The translations under genes and the position numbers were made by a program. Shown piece after piece: positions 56,272 through 64,000 of a DNA stretch of 64,000 nt. The DNA lies in the NCBI GenBank assembly GCA_965242655.1, contig OZ251482.1:4137480-4201479 (forward strand). Reading direction: 5' to 3'. Under the pieces are notes generated by a model. The model had not been told where the DNA came from. It did no database searches and was given only the letters and a program-made list of their open reading frames with translations. Position 1 is the stretch's first letter. Every line of letters begins with the position of its first letter. This stretch comes from Caldilineaceae bacterium (GTDB lineage: Bacteria > Chloroflexota > Anaerolineae > Caldilineales > Caldilineaceae).

Positions 56272-57417
56272 ATGTCCCGGCCCGTGATCGGCGTGGACGC
56301 CTCGCGGTGCTTCCAGCGCCAGCCGACAGGCACGGAAAATTATGCGCGCCGCATTCTGCAGGGTCTGTTGGAACTGGAAGAGGCGCCAGCCTACGAATGG
56401 CGCCTGTACGTCGATACGCCGCCTCCGATCCCCGGCGCGCCGTGGGTCGGCCTGGCCCATGCCGCGCCGATCTGGTTGCCGCGCGTCCGCATGTGGACCC
56501 ACCGGGCCCTGGCGCGGGAGGTGCGGCGCAATCCGCCGCACGTCCTGTTCGTACCGGCCCACGTATTGCCCTTCGCCTGGCGCCCGCGGGCCGCGCCGCC
56601 GGCGGTCATGACCGTGCATGACCTGGGGTACATGCATTTCCCGGAGGCGCATCGGCCGTGGGCGCGTCGCTATCTCCGCTGGACCACGGGCTATGCAGTG
56701 CGGCGGGCCTGCCGCCTGATCTGCGTCAGCCGCGCCACGCGCGCCGACGTGATGAAGTTTCACGGCGCGGAGGCCTCCCGCCTGGACGTCATCCATGAAG
56801 GCTGCATCGCGCGCGACCGCCCGGATCCGGAGCCGGCCGCCGCGTGCCGGCAGGCTTTAGGCCTGGAGCGGGATTACGCCCTTTTCCTCAGCACCCTGCA
56901 GCCGCGCAAAAACGCGGAACGCCTGATCCGCAGCTACGCCGGCCTGGCCCAAGCCGAAGCGCTGGACTGGGATCTGGCGTTGGCGGGGCAACCGGGGTGG
57001 CTGAGCCAGCCCATCCTCCGCGCCGCGGAGCAATCGCCCGCGCGCCGGCGCATTCATGTACTGGGGTACGTGGACGAGGCCCAGGCCGCGGCGCTCTATG
57101 CGGGCGCGCGTTTTTTCTGCTATCCTTCCTTGCATGAAGGCTTTGGACTGCCGGTGCTGGAGGCCCAGACGCTGGGAACGCCCGTCATGACGTCCCGCCA
57201 TTCCGCCTTGCCTGAAGTCGCGGGCGACGCGGCCTTGCTCGTCGACCCGGAAGACGAAGAAGAGATCGCGCAGGCCATGCTGCGATTGAGCCGGGACGAA
57301 AAGCTGCGCCAGACGCTGATTCAGAAAGGGTACGCCAACGTCAAACGCTTCTCGTGGGAAAAGGCGGCCCGCGCCACCTTAGCCGTCCTGGAAAAAGCCA
57401 TGCAGCGGGATCCGTAA
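56272..57417 (+). CDS. Glycosyltransferase family 4 (GT-B)
   Basis: YPSLHEGFGLPVLEAQ motif; 381 aa. Confidence 0.85.
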   Translation: MSRPVIGVDASRCFQRQPTGTENYARRILQGLLELEEAPAYEWRLYVDTPPPIPGAPWVGLAHAAPIWLPRVRMWTHRALAREVRRNPPHVLFVPAHVLPFAWRPRAAPPAVMTVHDLGYMHFPEAHRPWARRYLRWTTGYAVRRACRLICVSRATRADVMKFHGAEASRLDVIHEGCIARDRPDPEPAAACRQALGLERDYALFLSTLQPRKNAERLIRSYAGLAQAEALDWDLALAGQPGWLSQPILRAAEQSPARRRIHVLGYVDEAQAAALYAGARFFCYPSLHEGFGLPVLEAQTLGTPVMTSRHSALPEVAGDAALLVDPEDEEEIAQAMLRLSRDEKLRQTLIQKGYANVKRFSWEKAARATLAVLEKAMQRDP

Positions 57418-58172
57418 TGGAGCCCGCGGCGGCGCGACTGCCGGCGCAGCGGATCCTCGGCATTCCCGTTCATCCCGTCGATTACGAGCAGGCCCTGGCC
57501 CAGATCGAGCGCTGGCTCCAGGGCGACGGCGCGGCCCCTTTGCGCCATATCTGCACGGTCAATCCGGAATTCATTATGGCGGCCCGCGCGGATCCGGCTT
57601 TCCGCGCGGCGTTGCTGAGGGCCGAACTCAACGTGCCGGACGGCTTCGGCATCCTGTGGGCGTTGCGCCTGCGCGGCGTCAAACTGCGGCAGCGCGTAAC
57701 GGGCGCGGATCTGATTCCGCGCGTAGCGCGCCGGGCGCAACAAAAGGCGTGGCGGCTGTTCCTGCTGGGAGCCGGTCCCGGTGTGGCGGCGCGGGCCGCG
57801 GCCCAGCTGCGCCGGCGCTTTCCGGCGCTCATCGTCAGCGGCGTTCACAGCGGCTCGCCCGCGGCGGCGGACTGGCCTGAAATCCAGCGGCTCATCGCGG
57901 CCAGTCGGCCCCATATCCTGCTCGTGGCTTTCGGACACCCGCGCCAGGATCTGTGGATCGAGCAACACCGGCAACAGTTGCCGGGCCTGGTGGCCATGGG
58001 CGTAGGCGGCGCTTTGGACTTCCTGGCCGGCGACGTGCGCCGCGCGCCGCGTTGGATGCGCGAGCGGGGACTGGAATGGCTCTTTCGCCTGGGGTTGCAA
58101 CCTTGGCGCTGGCGTCGCATGCGCAGGCTGCCTCTGTTCGCGCTCTTGGCGCTGTTGGATCGGCGGGGATAG
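57417..58172 (+). CDS. WecB/TagA/CpsF-family glycosyltransferase
   Basis: ATG overlaps the previous stop (TAATG). ILGIPVHPV, CTVNPEFIM, PDGFGILWA, FGHPRQDLWI. Confidence 0.85.
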   Translation: MEPAAARLPAQRILGIPVHPVDYEQALAQIERWLQGDGAAPLRHICTVNPEFIMAARADPAFRAALLRAELNVPDGFGILWALRLRGVKLRQRVTGADLIPRVARRAQQKAWRLFLLGAGPGVAARAAAQLRRRFPALIVSGVHSGSPAAADWPEIQRLIAASRPHILLVAFGHPRQDLWIEQHRQQLPGLVAMGVGGALDFLAGDVRRAPRWMRERGLEWLFRLGLQPWRWRRMRRLPLFALLALLDRRG

Positions 58173-59041
58173 GGGTCTACGGCAAAGTTTGAGACGGATG
58201 GGACATCCTGCCGCCAGCCGTTATCTTCCCCCAAGGCGATTCCCCCCCCATTTCCGCGCAGACGGCCCCTGATGACTGATACCCCATGGCTTCGCATCCG
58301 ATCTTTTCTGGATACATGTTGCTTTATAGTTGTCCGGCGTCGGTTCAGGCTGCACTGTCATGCGACTTCTGTTAGGTTATAATTCAGACGCTACCGTTTA
58401 AACGCGGTCAGATGCCGTACGTATTGCGGAGACATGCGATCCTCCTTGGGGCTGGCGCTGACAGTGAGAACGATAGTACAACCTAACAGCATACACATGA
58501 CTGCGTACTAAGAGAAAGGCTGCGGTTCCCAAAGCATGGCTGGGCTCATTCGCGTCGGGATACGGATCCGCGCGCAGATCCGGTGCGTCTGGACGTTACT
58601 TGCGCGTCCAAGCCCCGCGGGACGAACGGCTGGATGCTAGCAAGCGGTACAGAAACAGCCGGACGCGGTTTTGACGCGCAAAGCGCGGCGGCCCGCCAAG
58701 CCCTTGAAGACAGCGCGGCCTGCGCGGCGTAACGGTCGTCACGCCGCGGGCAGGCGTACGGTCGCGGATCGGGCGCACGTTGCTGGTTTCTGCATGCCCG
58801 GACATTCAGGCTGAACTCGCGGTCTGGGCGTGCCGTCGGCTGAATACGCCCGCGCACCTTGCGCTACCGACGAGCCTAGGCGGCTGTCATGGACTTGATC
58901 ATCCTGCATGCGGAACGGTGATCTGTAAGTAGAGACGAATCTAGGCTCTGCAACCACCCGACAGCGTCTGATACGCTTGACGACATAGCGTATAATTCAA
59001 TTATACGGTTAATCAAGCGCTACGGCGCAAGGGAGCAACGG

Positions 59042-59899
59042 GTGAATCGTATGCCTGCGGCCGTTACGATACGAACGACAGACGATATTCTGCACGCGCT
59101 GGACGCCCATCCGGAATGGTTAGCGGCCGTGCGCGCCAAAATTCTGACGCAGGAGCTTTTGGACTTGCCCCGCAAAGTAGCGCAGCTGGCGGAGACGGTA
59201 GCGCAGCTGGCGGATAGAGTAACGCAGCTGGAAGACAAAGTAGCGCGGTTAGCCAATACGGTAGCGCAGCTGGCGGAGACGGTAGCGTATTTGGTCAGGG
59301 AAATGGATGGCGTCAAGCAAGAGGTAAATGGCGTCAAGCAAGAGGTAAATGGCGTCAAGCAAGCGATAAACGGTCTCGAAAAACGAGTAGGGAAATTGGA
59401 AGAAGGCCAGCAACGGCTGGAAGAAGGCCAGCAGTGGCTGAAAGAAGGCCAGCAACGGTTGGAAAACAGGGTAGCCGAGATATCAGGCCGATATGCCGAA
59501 GAAACGGCCGAGAAAGAAATAGCCCTGTTGATCCATAATATGGATCTGCGCCATGTCTGCACCTTGTCTTTGGCCGAAGTGGTGACCATGGCCGTGCCTG
59601 ACTTGGCGCAACATGCCTCCAAGAACGACGTCGCCAGTTTTTGCCGCGCCGATCTGATTGCGACTGCCGTCGACGACGCGGGCCAGGCCTGGTACGTCGC
59701 GGTGGAAGTCTCGTATACGGCTGATGAGAGAGACACGACCCGCGCGCTGCGCAATGCCGATTACCTGACGCGCCTGACAGGACAACCGGCCCGGGCCGCG
59801 GTGGCAGCTGTCAAAATTGACAATCGCATTCAGGAGACTCTGCAACGCGGCGTCGTGTATTGGCACGCGTTGGAACCGGAAAAGCTGACCATGGCCTAA
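59042..59899 (+). CDS. Heptad-repeat coiled-coil protein with C-terminal PD-(D/E)XK-like globular domain (DUF3782-like architecture)
   Basis: N-terminus ILHALDAHPEWLAAVRAKILTQELLDLPRKVAQL, then 14 consecutive 21-nt units (59177..59470). The C-terminus ..ADLIATAVDDAGQAWYVAVEVSYTADERD.. GTG start 59042 or ATG 59051. Confidence 0.7.
   Translation: MNRMPAAVTIRTTDDILHALDAHPEWLAAVRAKILTQELLDLPRKVAQLAETVAQLADRVTQLEDKVARLANTVAQLAETVAYLVREMDGVKQEVNGVKQEVNGVKQAINGLEKRVGKLEEGQQRLEEGQQWLKEGQQRLENRVAEISGRYAEETAEKEIALLIHNMDLRHVCTLSLAEVVTMAVPDLAQHASKNDVASFCRADLIATAVDDAGQAWYVAVEVSYTADERDTTRALRNADYLTRLTGQPARAAVAAVKIDNRIQETLQRGVVYWHALEPEKLTMA
59177..59470 (+). repeat. 14 consecutive in-frame 21-nt (heptad) units in three sub-families (VAQLAET-type x6, (V/I)NG(V/L)(K/E)(Q/K)(E/A/R)-type x4 with first unit MDGVKQE, QQRLEEG-type x4)
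   Basis: Parsed directly: gtagcgcagctggcggagacg ... cagcaacggttggaaaacagg. Confidence 0.9.
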
Positions 59900-60314
59900 C
59901 GCTGCAGGTTGCGGAAAGCGGAAGAAGGAAGGTCGCCGCGTTCAGGCGCGTAAGCCGGTACTGTCCCGCGCCGTATTGCGCCAGGACGCCGGCGCTGTCG
60001 ACGGCCGTCAGCACCAAACCGTGCCGTCCCGGCGGACGGTTGCGCCCCAGCACGCTCTCCGTTTCCCCGAGCGCGTCGCGCGGTTGCGCGAACGCCTGCC
60101 AGCTCAGGGCGTATTCGACGTTCGTGATGACGCCCTGCGCATTGCGGTAGAATAGTCTGAGCAAAAATTCGGCGTTGACGGCTTGGTTGACGCCCGTTTC
60201 GCTTGTCGCGCCGTTGACGCGGCATTCGTAGGTCGCCGCGGGATTCGGGAATACCAGCTGCAGGCGCATAGGCGCGCGGTCGCTGGCGCGGATGCGTTGG
60301 CGCAGGGATGGCAT
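59811..60314 (-). CDS. Hypothetical protein (weak call; its 3' end overlaps the convergent gene by about 90 nt)
   Basis: ORF track only. The N-terminal two-thirds look protein-like (MRLQLVFPNPAATYECRVNG...). The C-terminal part looks like read-through. Confidence 0.3.
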   Translation of the reverse strand: MPSLRQRIRASDRAPMRLQLVFPNPAATYECRVNGATSETGVNQAVNAEFLLRLFYRNAQGVITNVEYALSWQAFAQPRDALGETESVLGRNRPPGRHGLVLTAVDSAGVLAQYGAGQYRLTRLNAATFLLPLSATCSVRPWSAFPVPTRANTRRRVAESPECDCQF

Positions 60315-60540
60315 TCAGTCCGCTTCCATGGTTTTCCGGACTTGGCGGAGCGCGGTACGGTAGCCATACCCATGCGGACAGGCACGCAGGCGAGGTATCG
60401 CGATCAGGGCCGGTACATCATCCCCCTTCCGCATCGTCCGCGCGGTCACCTTTGCCCTCAAACTTGCCTCCCGCAGCCCTGCGCCGCAATGCGCCCGCCG
60501 TTTTCCGTAACCGCTCTGTCCTGCACACGCCCTGTGCCCA

Positions 60541-61566
60541 TTAATCGGCCTTGAGGCCTTGGCCGAAAGCGCGGACGCGCGTGACCGGCCCGGTATGCGT
60601 CAAAACCGTGCCCGCGAAGGCCGCCTGACTCCCCGATTCCAACACCGAAACGGCGAGCGGCAGCACGCGCACGCCGACGACTTGATCCTGCGCGTTGTAG
60701 AGAGTGACCACGATCTCGATTTCCGTCGCGGCGAACGTTCCCGTATTGCTGAGTTGGCCGCTGACCCGGACCGCAGCGCCGCGGCTCGCGTCGAACGCCA
60801 GCGCGTCCACCGCCAAGGCCGTATAGAAAAGGCCTTCATGCGCCGGCAAGGACTGGGATACGGCCAAGAGCCAAGTATCCGCCGCCTGCGTCCCGGACTC
60901 AAAGCGCAACACGAAGGGGGCGATTGCCTGCGGAGGCGTAACGTACCGCAGGGCCACCGTCTGGCTGCGGGCGATTTCCCATTTCTGCGCGTCCAGCAAA
61001 ACGCCCTGCACGCGCATCTGCTCTACAGACGCGGAGTGTTCGTTGATCACTTCGCCCATGCTCCAAGGCACGCCCAGACCGTCCACGTAGGCGGTGACCC
61101 CTCTCACGGCGTAAGGCAAGGGCGTCGCGGCGCTCGCCGCAGGCGCGGCCGTCGCCCGCGGGATGACCAACGTCTGCCCAATCTGCAAGGTGCGCGGATC
61201 CGCGATGTCATTGGCCTGTTGCAGGACCGCGGCGGGTACGCCGAAAGCGTGGCCGATGCCGATCAACGTGTCTCCCGCCTCAATCCGGTACGTTTGCCGC
61301 GTGGGCGTCGGAGCCGGCGTGCCTTGCCGCGGGCGCGTCGCGATGCGGATCCTGGGCGTGGGCGTGAAAGTGGGTACGATATCCGGCGTCCGGTTCCGTA
61401 CGGGAGTCGCCGCGGGGGGCGCGACCCTGGACGCGACGGCCGGAATCGCGGCCGGTTCCGAACGACCGACGCAGGCGGCCAGGCCGAGGGCGCAGAGCCA
61501 CAGCGGCAGCCGCGGCAGAACTTGGCGCCGCCGAACGGCGCCTCTGTTTTTGAGACCGGAAAGCAT
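60541..61566 (-). CDS. LysM-domain lipoprotein
   Basis: Lipobox LGLAAC; LysM YRIEAGDTLIGIGHAFGVPAAVLQQANDIADPRTLQIGQTLVIP. Confidence 0.8.
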   Translation of the reverse strand: MLSGLKNRGAVRRRQVLPRLPLWLCALGLAACVGRSEPAAIPAVASRVAPPAATPVRNRTPDIVPTFTPTPRIRIATRPRQGTPAPTPTRQTYRIEAGDTLIGIGHAFGVPAAVLQQANDIADPRTLQIGQTLVIPRATAAPAASAATPLPYAVRGVTAYVDGLGVPWSMGEVINEHSASVEQMRVQGVLLDAQKWEIARSQTVALRYVTPPQAIAPFVLRFESGTQAADTWLLAVSQSLPAHEGLFYTALAVDALAFDASRGAAVRVSGQLSNTGTFAATEIEIVVTLYNAQDQVVGVRVLPLAVSVLESGSQAAFAGTVLTHTGPVTRVRAFGQGLKAD

Positions 61567-61634
61567 GTCAAAGCGTATTATAGGGATATGGCCGCAGGGC
61601 CCCGCGCGACCGCGCTGCAGGAGAGAGAAGCCGC

Positions 61635-62135
61635 ATGACCAAGATCGCCGTTCTGTCCGACAGTCACGACAACATCTGGAATCTGGCCCGCGCCCTGGAG
61701 CAGGTGGCGGACGCGCAGGCCGATATCCTCTTGCACTGCGGCGACTTCGTCGCCCCGTTCGTCATGGCCCAATTGCGGGACGCCTTCCCGGGCCCGATCC
61801 ACGGCGTCTTGGGCAACAACGACGGCGACGCGCGTCAACTCCTGCGCCAAGCGCAGAAACGGGATAACGTCGCGTTGCATGGACACTTCGCGGAACTGGA
61901 CCTGGACGGCCTGCGCGTGGCCCTGAATCATTACCCGGACGTCGCCCGTCCCCTGGCGGAGTCCGGGCGCTACGACGTCGTCTTCTACGGGCACAACCAT
62001 TGCCAGAACTGGGAAAGGGTGGGCGCGTGCCAACTCATCAATCCCGGGGAAATCATGGGCAAGGGCGGCGCGCCCAGTTGGGGCCTGTTCGACGCGTCCG
62101 ACCGCACCTGGAGCCTGCGCGCCCTGGAAGCCTGA
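61635..62135 (+). CDS. YfcE/MJ0936-family metallophosphoesterase
   Basis: [26 protein letters not shown]. Confidence 0.85.
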   Translation: MTKIAVLSDSHDNIWNLARALEQVADAQADILLHCGDFVAPFVMAQLRDAFPGPIHGVLGNNDGDARQLLRQAQKRDNVALHGHFAELDLDGLRVALNHYPDVARPLAESGRYDVVFYGHNHCQNWERVGACQLINPGEIMGKGGAPSWGLFDASDRTWSLRALEA

Positions 62136-62163
62136 CCCAGGCCTTCCCGGCGGACGAGCGGCC

Positions 62164-63195
62164 ATGTTCGAAATTCAATTTCTCGGCACGTCGGCCTCCG
62201 CGCCGACCGTCCAGCGCGGTTTGAGCAGCGCCGTGGTCATGTTCGGGGCGGAGCGTTTCCTGGTGGATTGCGGGGAAGGCACCCAGCGGCAAATCCTGCG
62301 CAGCGGCCTGGGATTTCGGCGGCTGAACAAAATTCTCCTGACCCACCGACACCTGGATCACATTCTGGGCCTGGGCGGCCTGGCGAGCACCTTCGGGCGC
62401 TGGGAAGCCATGGAGGCCATGGAAATCTACGGCAGCCCGGACACGCTCCGGCGCGTGCGGGATCTAATGAAAGTCGCCTTCAATCCGCACTGGGAACCCG
62501 ATGCGCGCATCGCTCTCGTGCCCCTGGAGGAAGGCGTATGCTTCGAAAACGACAAGATGACGGTCGAAGCGTTCCGGGTGGAGCATCGGCAAACGCCCTG
62601 TTTCGGGTTCCTGTTTCAACAGAAAGCGCAACGCAAATTCCTGGTCGAAAAAGCCGAAGCGCTGGGGGTGCCCTTCGGCCCTGTCCGGCGCAACCTGGTC
62701 CGCGGCCGGGCCGTCACCCTGGATTCCGGCCGCGTCGTGCAGCCGGAGGAAGTCTTGGGGGAGGCGTCGGCCGCCAAAGTGTGCTTCGTCAGCGACGTCT
62801 CGCGTACCGGCCCTTTGCATCGGATTGCGCGCGCCGCCGATTTGCTCGTCATCGAGGGCACCTATCTGGAACGCGACCGCGCGCTGGCCCGGCAGCACGG
62901 CCACATCACCGTGGCGGCCGCGGCCAAACTGGCCCGGAAGGCCGCGGCGCGGCATCTGGTTTTGCATCACGTCGGCCGCCGCTATGCGGTCCGCGAGATA
63001 CTGGAGGAGGCGCGCAGCCATTTTCCGGAGGCCATCGTCGTCGGCGATCTGGATTACGTCGCCGTGAAAACGGGCCAACCGCTGACTTGGGAACGATGGG
63101 CGGAGCGACGCCAACGCGTGCGGGAAACCGCGCGCGCAACCGATGCGCCTCTCGATCCGGCGCGGAGCGTTGACCCGGCGCGTCCTGCGCCCTGA
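62164..63195 (+). CDS. rnz: Ribonuclease Z (MBL fold)
   Basis: [15 protein letters not shown].., [22 protein letters not shown]. Confidence 0.85.
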   Translation: MFEIQFLGTSASAPTVQRGLSSAVVMFGAERFLVDCGEGTQRQILRSGLGFRRLNKILLTHRHLDHILGLGGLASTFGRWEAMEAMEIYGSPDTLRRVRDLMKVAFNPHWEPDARIALVPLEEGVCFENDKMTVEAFRVEHRQTPCFGFLFQQKAQRKFLVEKAEALGVPFGPVRRNLVRGRAVTLDSGRVVQPEEVLGEASAAKVCFVSDVSRTGPLHRIARAADLLVIEGTYLERDRALARQHGHITVAAAAKLARKAAARHLVLHHVGRRYAVREILEEARSHFPEAIVVGDLDYVAVKTGQPLTWERWAERRQRVRETARATDAPLDPARSVDPARPAP

Positions 63196-63233
63196 AGGCG
63201 CGGCCTAGCTCCCGCGCGGACGCGGCGCCGGCG

Positions 63234-64000
63234 TCATCCCGCGCGCAGTTCCCCGCCCGTGGCCTTGGCCACGGCCTGCGCGATTTTGCGGCGGATACGC
63301 GTCGTCTCCTTTTCGCCCAGATTGCGCGTCAAGGACTGATACGCCACCTGGAAAGCCAAGGATTTCTTGCCGGGCGGCAACGACGCGCCCTGGTAGAGAT
63401 CAAAGAGTTCCGCGCGCGCCAGCTGCGCGCCGCCGCCCGCCCTGACGGCGTCGGCTACGCGCTGGGCCGGCACGTCCGCGTCCACCTGAAAAGCCAGGTC
63501 TTCCACCACGGCCGGATAGGGACTCAAGGGCGTCATCTGCGCCGCCGCCGGAGCCGCGGCCAGCGGCTCGACGTCCAGGCGGGCGATGGCGATCCGCGCG
63601 GCCGGCAATTGATAAGCCTGACGCACGCGCGGATGGAGTTCCCCGGCCAGGCCGACGGGTTCGCCGCGGAGGACGATCCGCGCGCAGTACGGCCCGTAGC
63701 GGGGATCCTGCGCCGCCTCGAAACGAACGTCCGCGGCGAGGTTGAGGCGGTCGAACAGCGTTTCCAGCACGCCCTTGAGATCGAAATAGTCGAACGACGC
63801 GGCGTCGTCTCCCGAGGTCTCGAAATGGGGCAGGGCGCGCGGGCCCGTCAGGATCAGTTGCAGCGCGCGCCGCTCCAGGGGATACGGCGGCGCGCCCGCT
63901 TCGGGCAGGTACTCCAGGCCGATTTCGTACGCCGCCAGGCGCGGGGCGAAGCGGATGTTGAACGCCAGGTTTTCCAGCGCGCTGACCAGCAAGTCCCGTC
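63234..64000 (-). CDS. pheT: Phenylalanine--tRNA ligase beta subunit, C-terminal part (N-terminus off the right edge)
   Basis: C-terminal FDX-ACB-type region PLSPYPAVVEDLAFQVDADVPAQ..LFDLYQG..LPPGKKSLAFQVAYQS. The frame is open to 64000. Confidence 0.85.
   Translation of the reverse strand, partial: RDLLVSALENLAFNIRFAPRLAAYEIGLEYLPEAGAPPYPLERRALQLILTGPRALPHFETSGDDAASFDYFDLKGVLETLFDRLNLAADVRFEAAQDPRYGPYCARIVLRGEPVGLAGELHPRVRQAYQLPAARIAIARLDVEPLAAAPAAAQMTPLSPYPAVVEDLAFQVDADVPAQRVADAVRAGGGAQLARAELFDLYQGASLPPGKKSLAFQVAYQSLTRNLGEKETTRIRRKIAQAVAKATGGELRAG

Noticed and set aside
58540-58960. Possible RNase P RNA, tmRNA or SRP RNA in the structured GC-rich part of the ORF-poor gap (gaatgtccgggca and acagaaacagccgg strings)
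   Set aside because: The universally conserved blocks I remember are absent on both strands. These are GGAAAGTCCGGGC and ACAGAACCCGGCTTA for RNase P, and the tRNA-like GGTTCGAATCC...CCA end for tmRNA. Only a generic 'unknown structured region' claim is kept.

Overview
This is a high-GC bacterial chromosomal window (GC judged by eye only). The gene content includes a Uma2 nuclease, DUF1640-like and DUF3782-like coiled-coil proteins, many Gfo/Idh/MocA and xylose-isomerase-like TIM-barrel genes, and CUT1-type sugar ABC transporters. That mix is most reminiscent of Chloroflexota or Deinococcus-Thermus-like genomes, but this is a low-confidence inference.

Layout:
- (i) 1-12.7 kb is an accessory, defence-island-like segment. 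It holds a partial SNF2 helicase, a Uma2 nuclease with a repeat tail, and a HEPN-DUF499 ATPase. It also holds a visibly lower-GC cassette (ClpP-fold SDH-family protease plus a coupled small ORF) bracketed by two inverted IS5-type transposase remnants. A secreted plant-type LRR protein follows, with its 5' end bracketed by G16 and G20 homopolymers, and then a Phd/VapC toxin-antitoxin pair.
- (ii) 13-26 kb is housekeeping and sugar metabolism: RecD2, DUF1385, an S4-domain protein, GNAT, FGGY kinase, AKR, a secreted SH3b/nuclease-like/lamin-tail protein, and oxidoreductases.
- (iii) 26.35-28.2 kb is a lower-GC two-gene islet. It encodes an OLD/PARIS-type ABC ATPase plus a split Toprim-like (DUF4276-type) ORF. 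I consider this the best candidate for an uncharacterised conflict system.
- (iv) 28.6-39.5 kb is a long minus-strand catabolic cluster: MBL lipoprotein, Gfo/Idh/MocA, SDR, TIM barrels, E1alpha/E1beta/E2, a TPP enzyme and a 2-hydroxyacid dehydrogenase.
- (v) 39.9-41.7 kb carries three paralogous tail-anchored DUF1640-like coiled-coil genes with variable 33-nt repeat number.
- (vi) 42.3-53.1 kb carries two sugar ABC operons, one with a beta-propeller::permease fusion. They flank a tandem triplication of TM-anchored hendecad coiled-coil genes.
- (vii) 53.2-64 kb is housekeeping (MaoC, nitrilase-family, TsaC, glycosyltransferases, LysM, RNase Z, partial PheT). It also contains an ORF-poor 0.85-kb gap and a heptad-repeat plus nuclease-like protein.

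I found no rRNA, tRNA or CRISPR array. Many long ORFs in the supplied track are antisense or off-frame artefacts typical of high-GC DNA. All family assignments come from my own reading of motifs. No database search was run.
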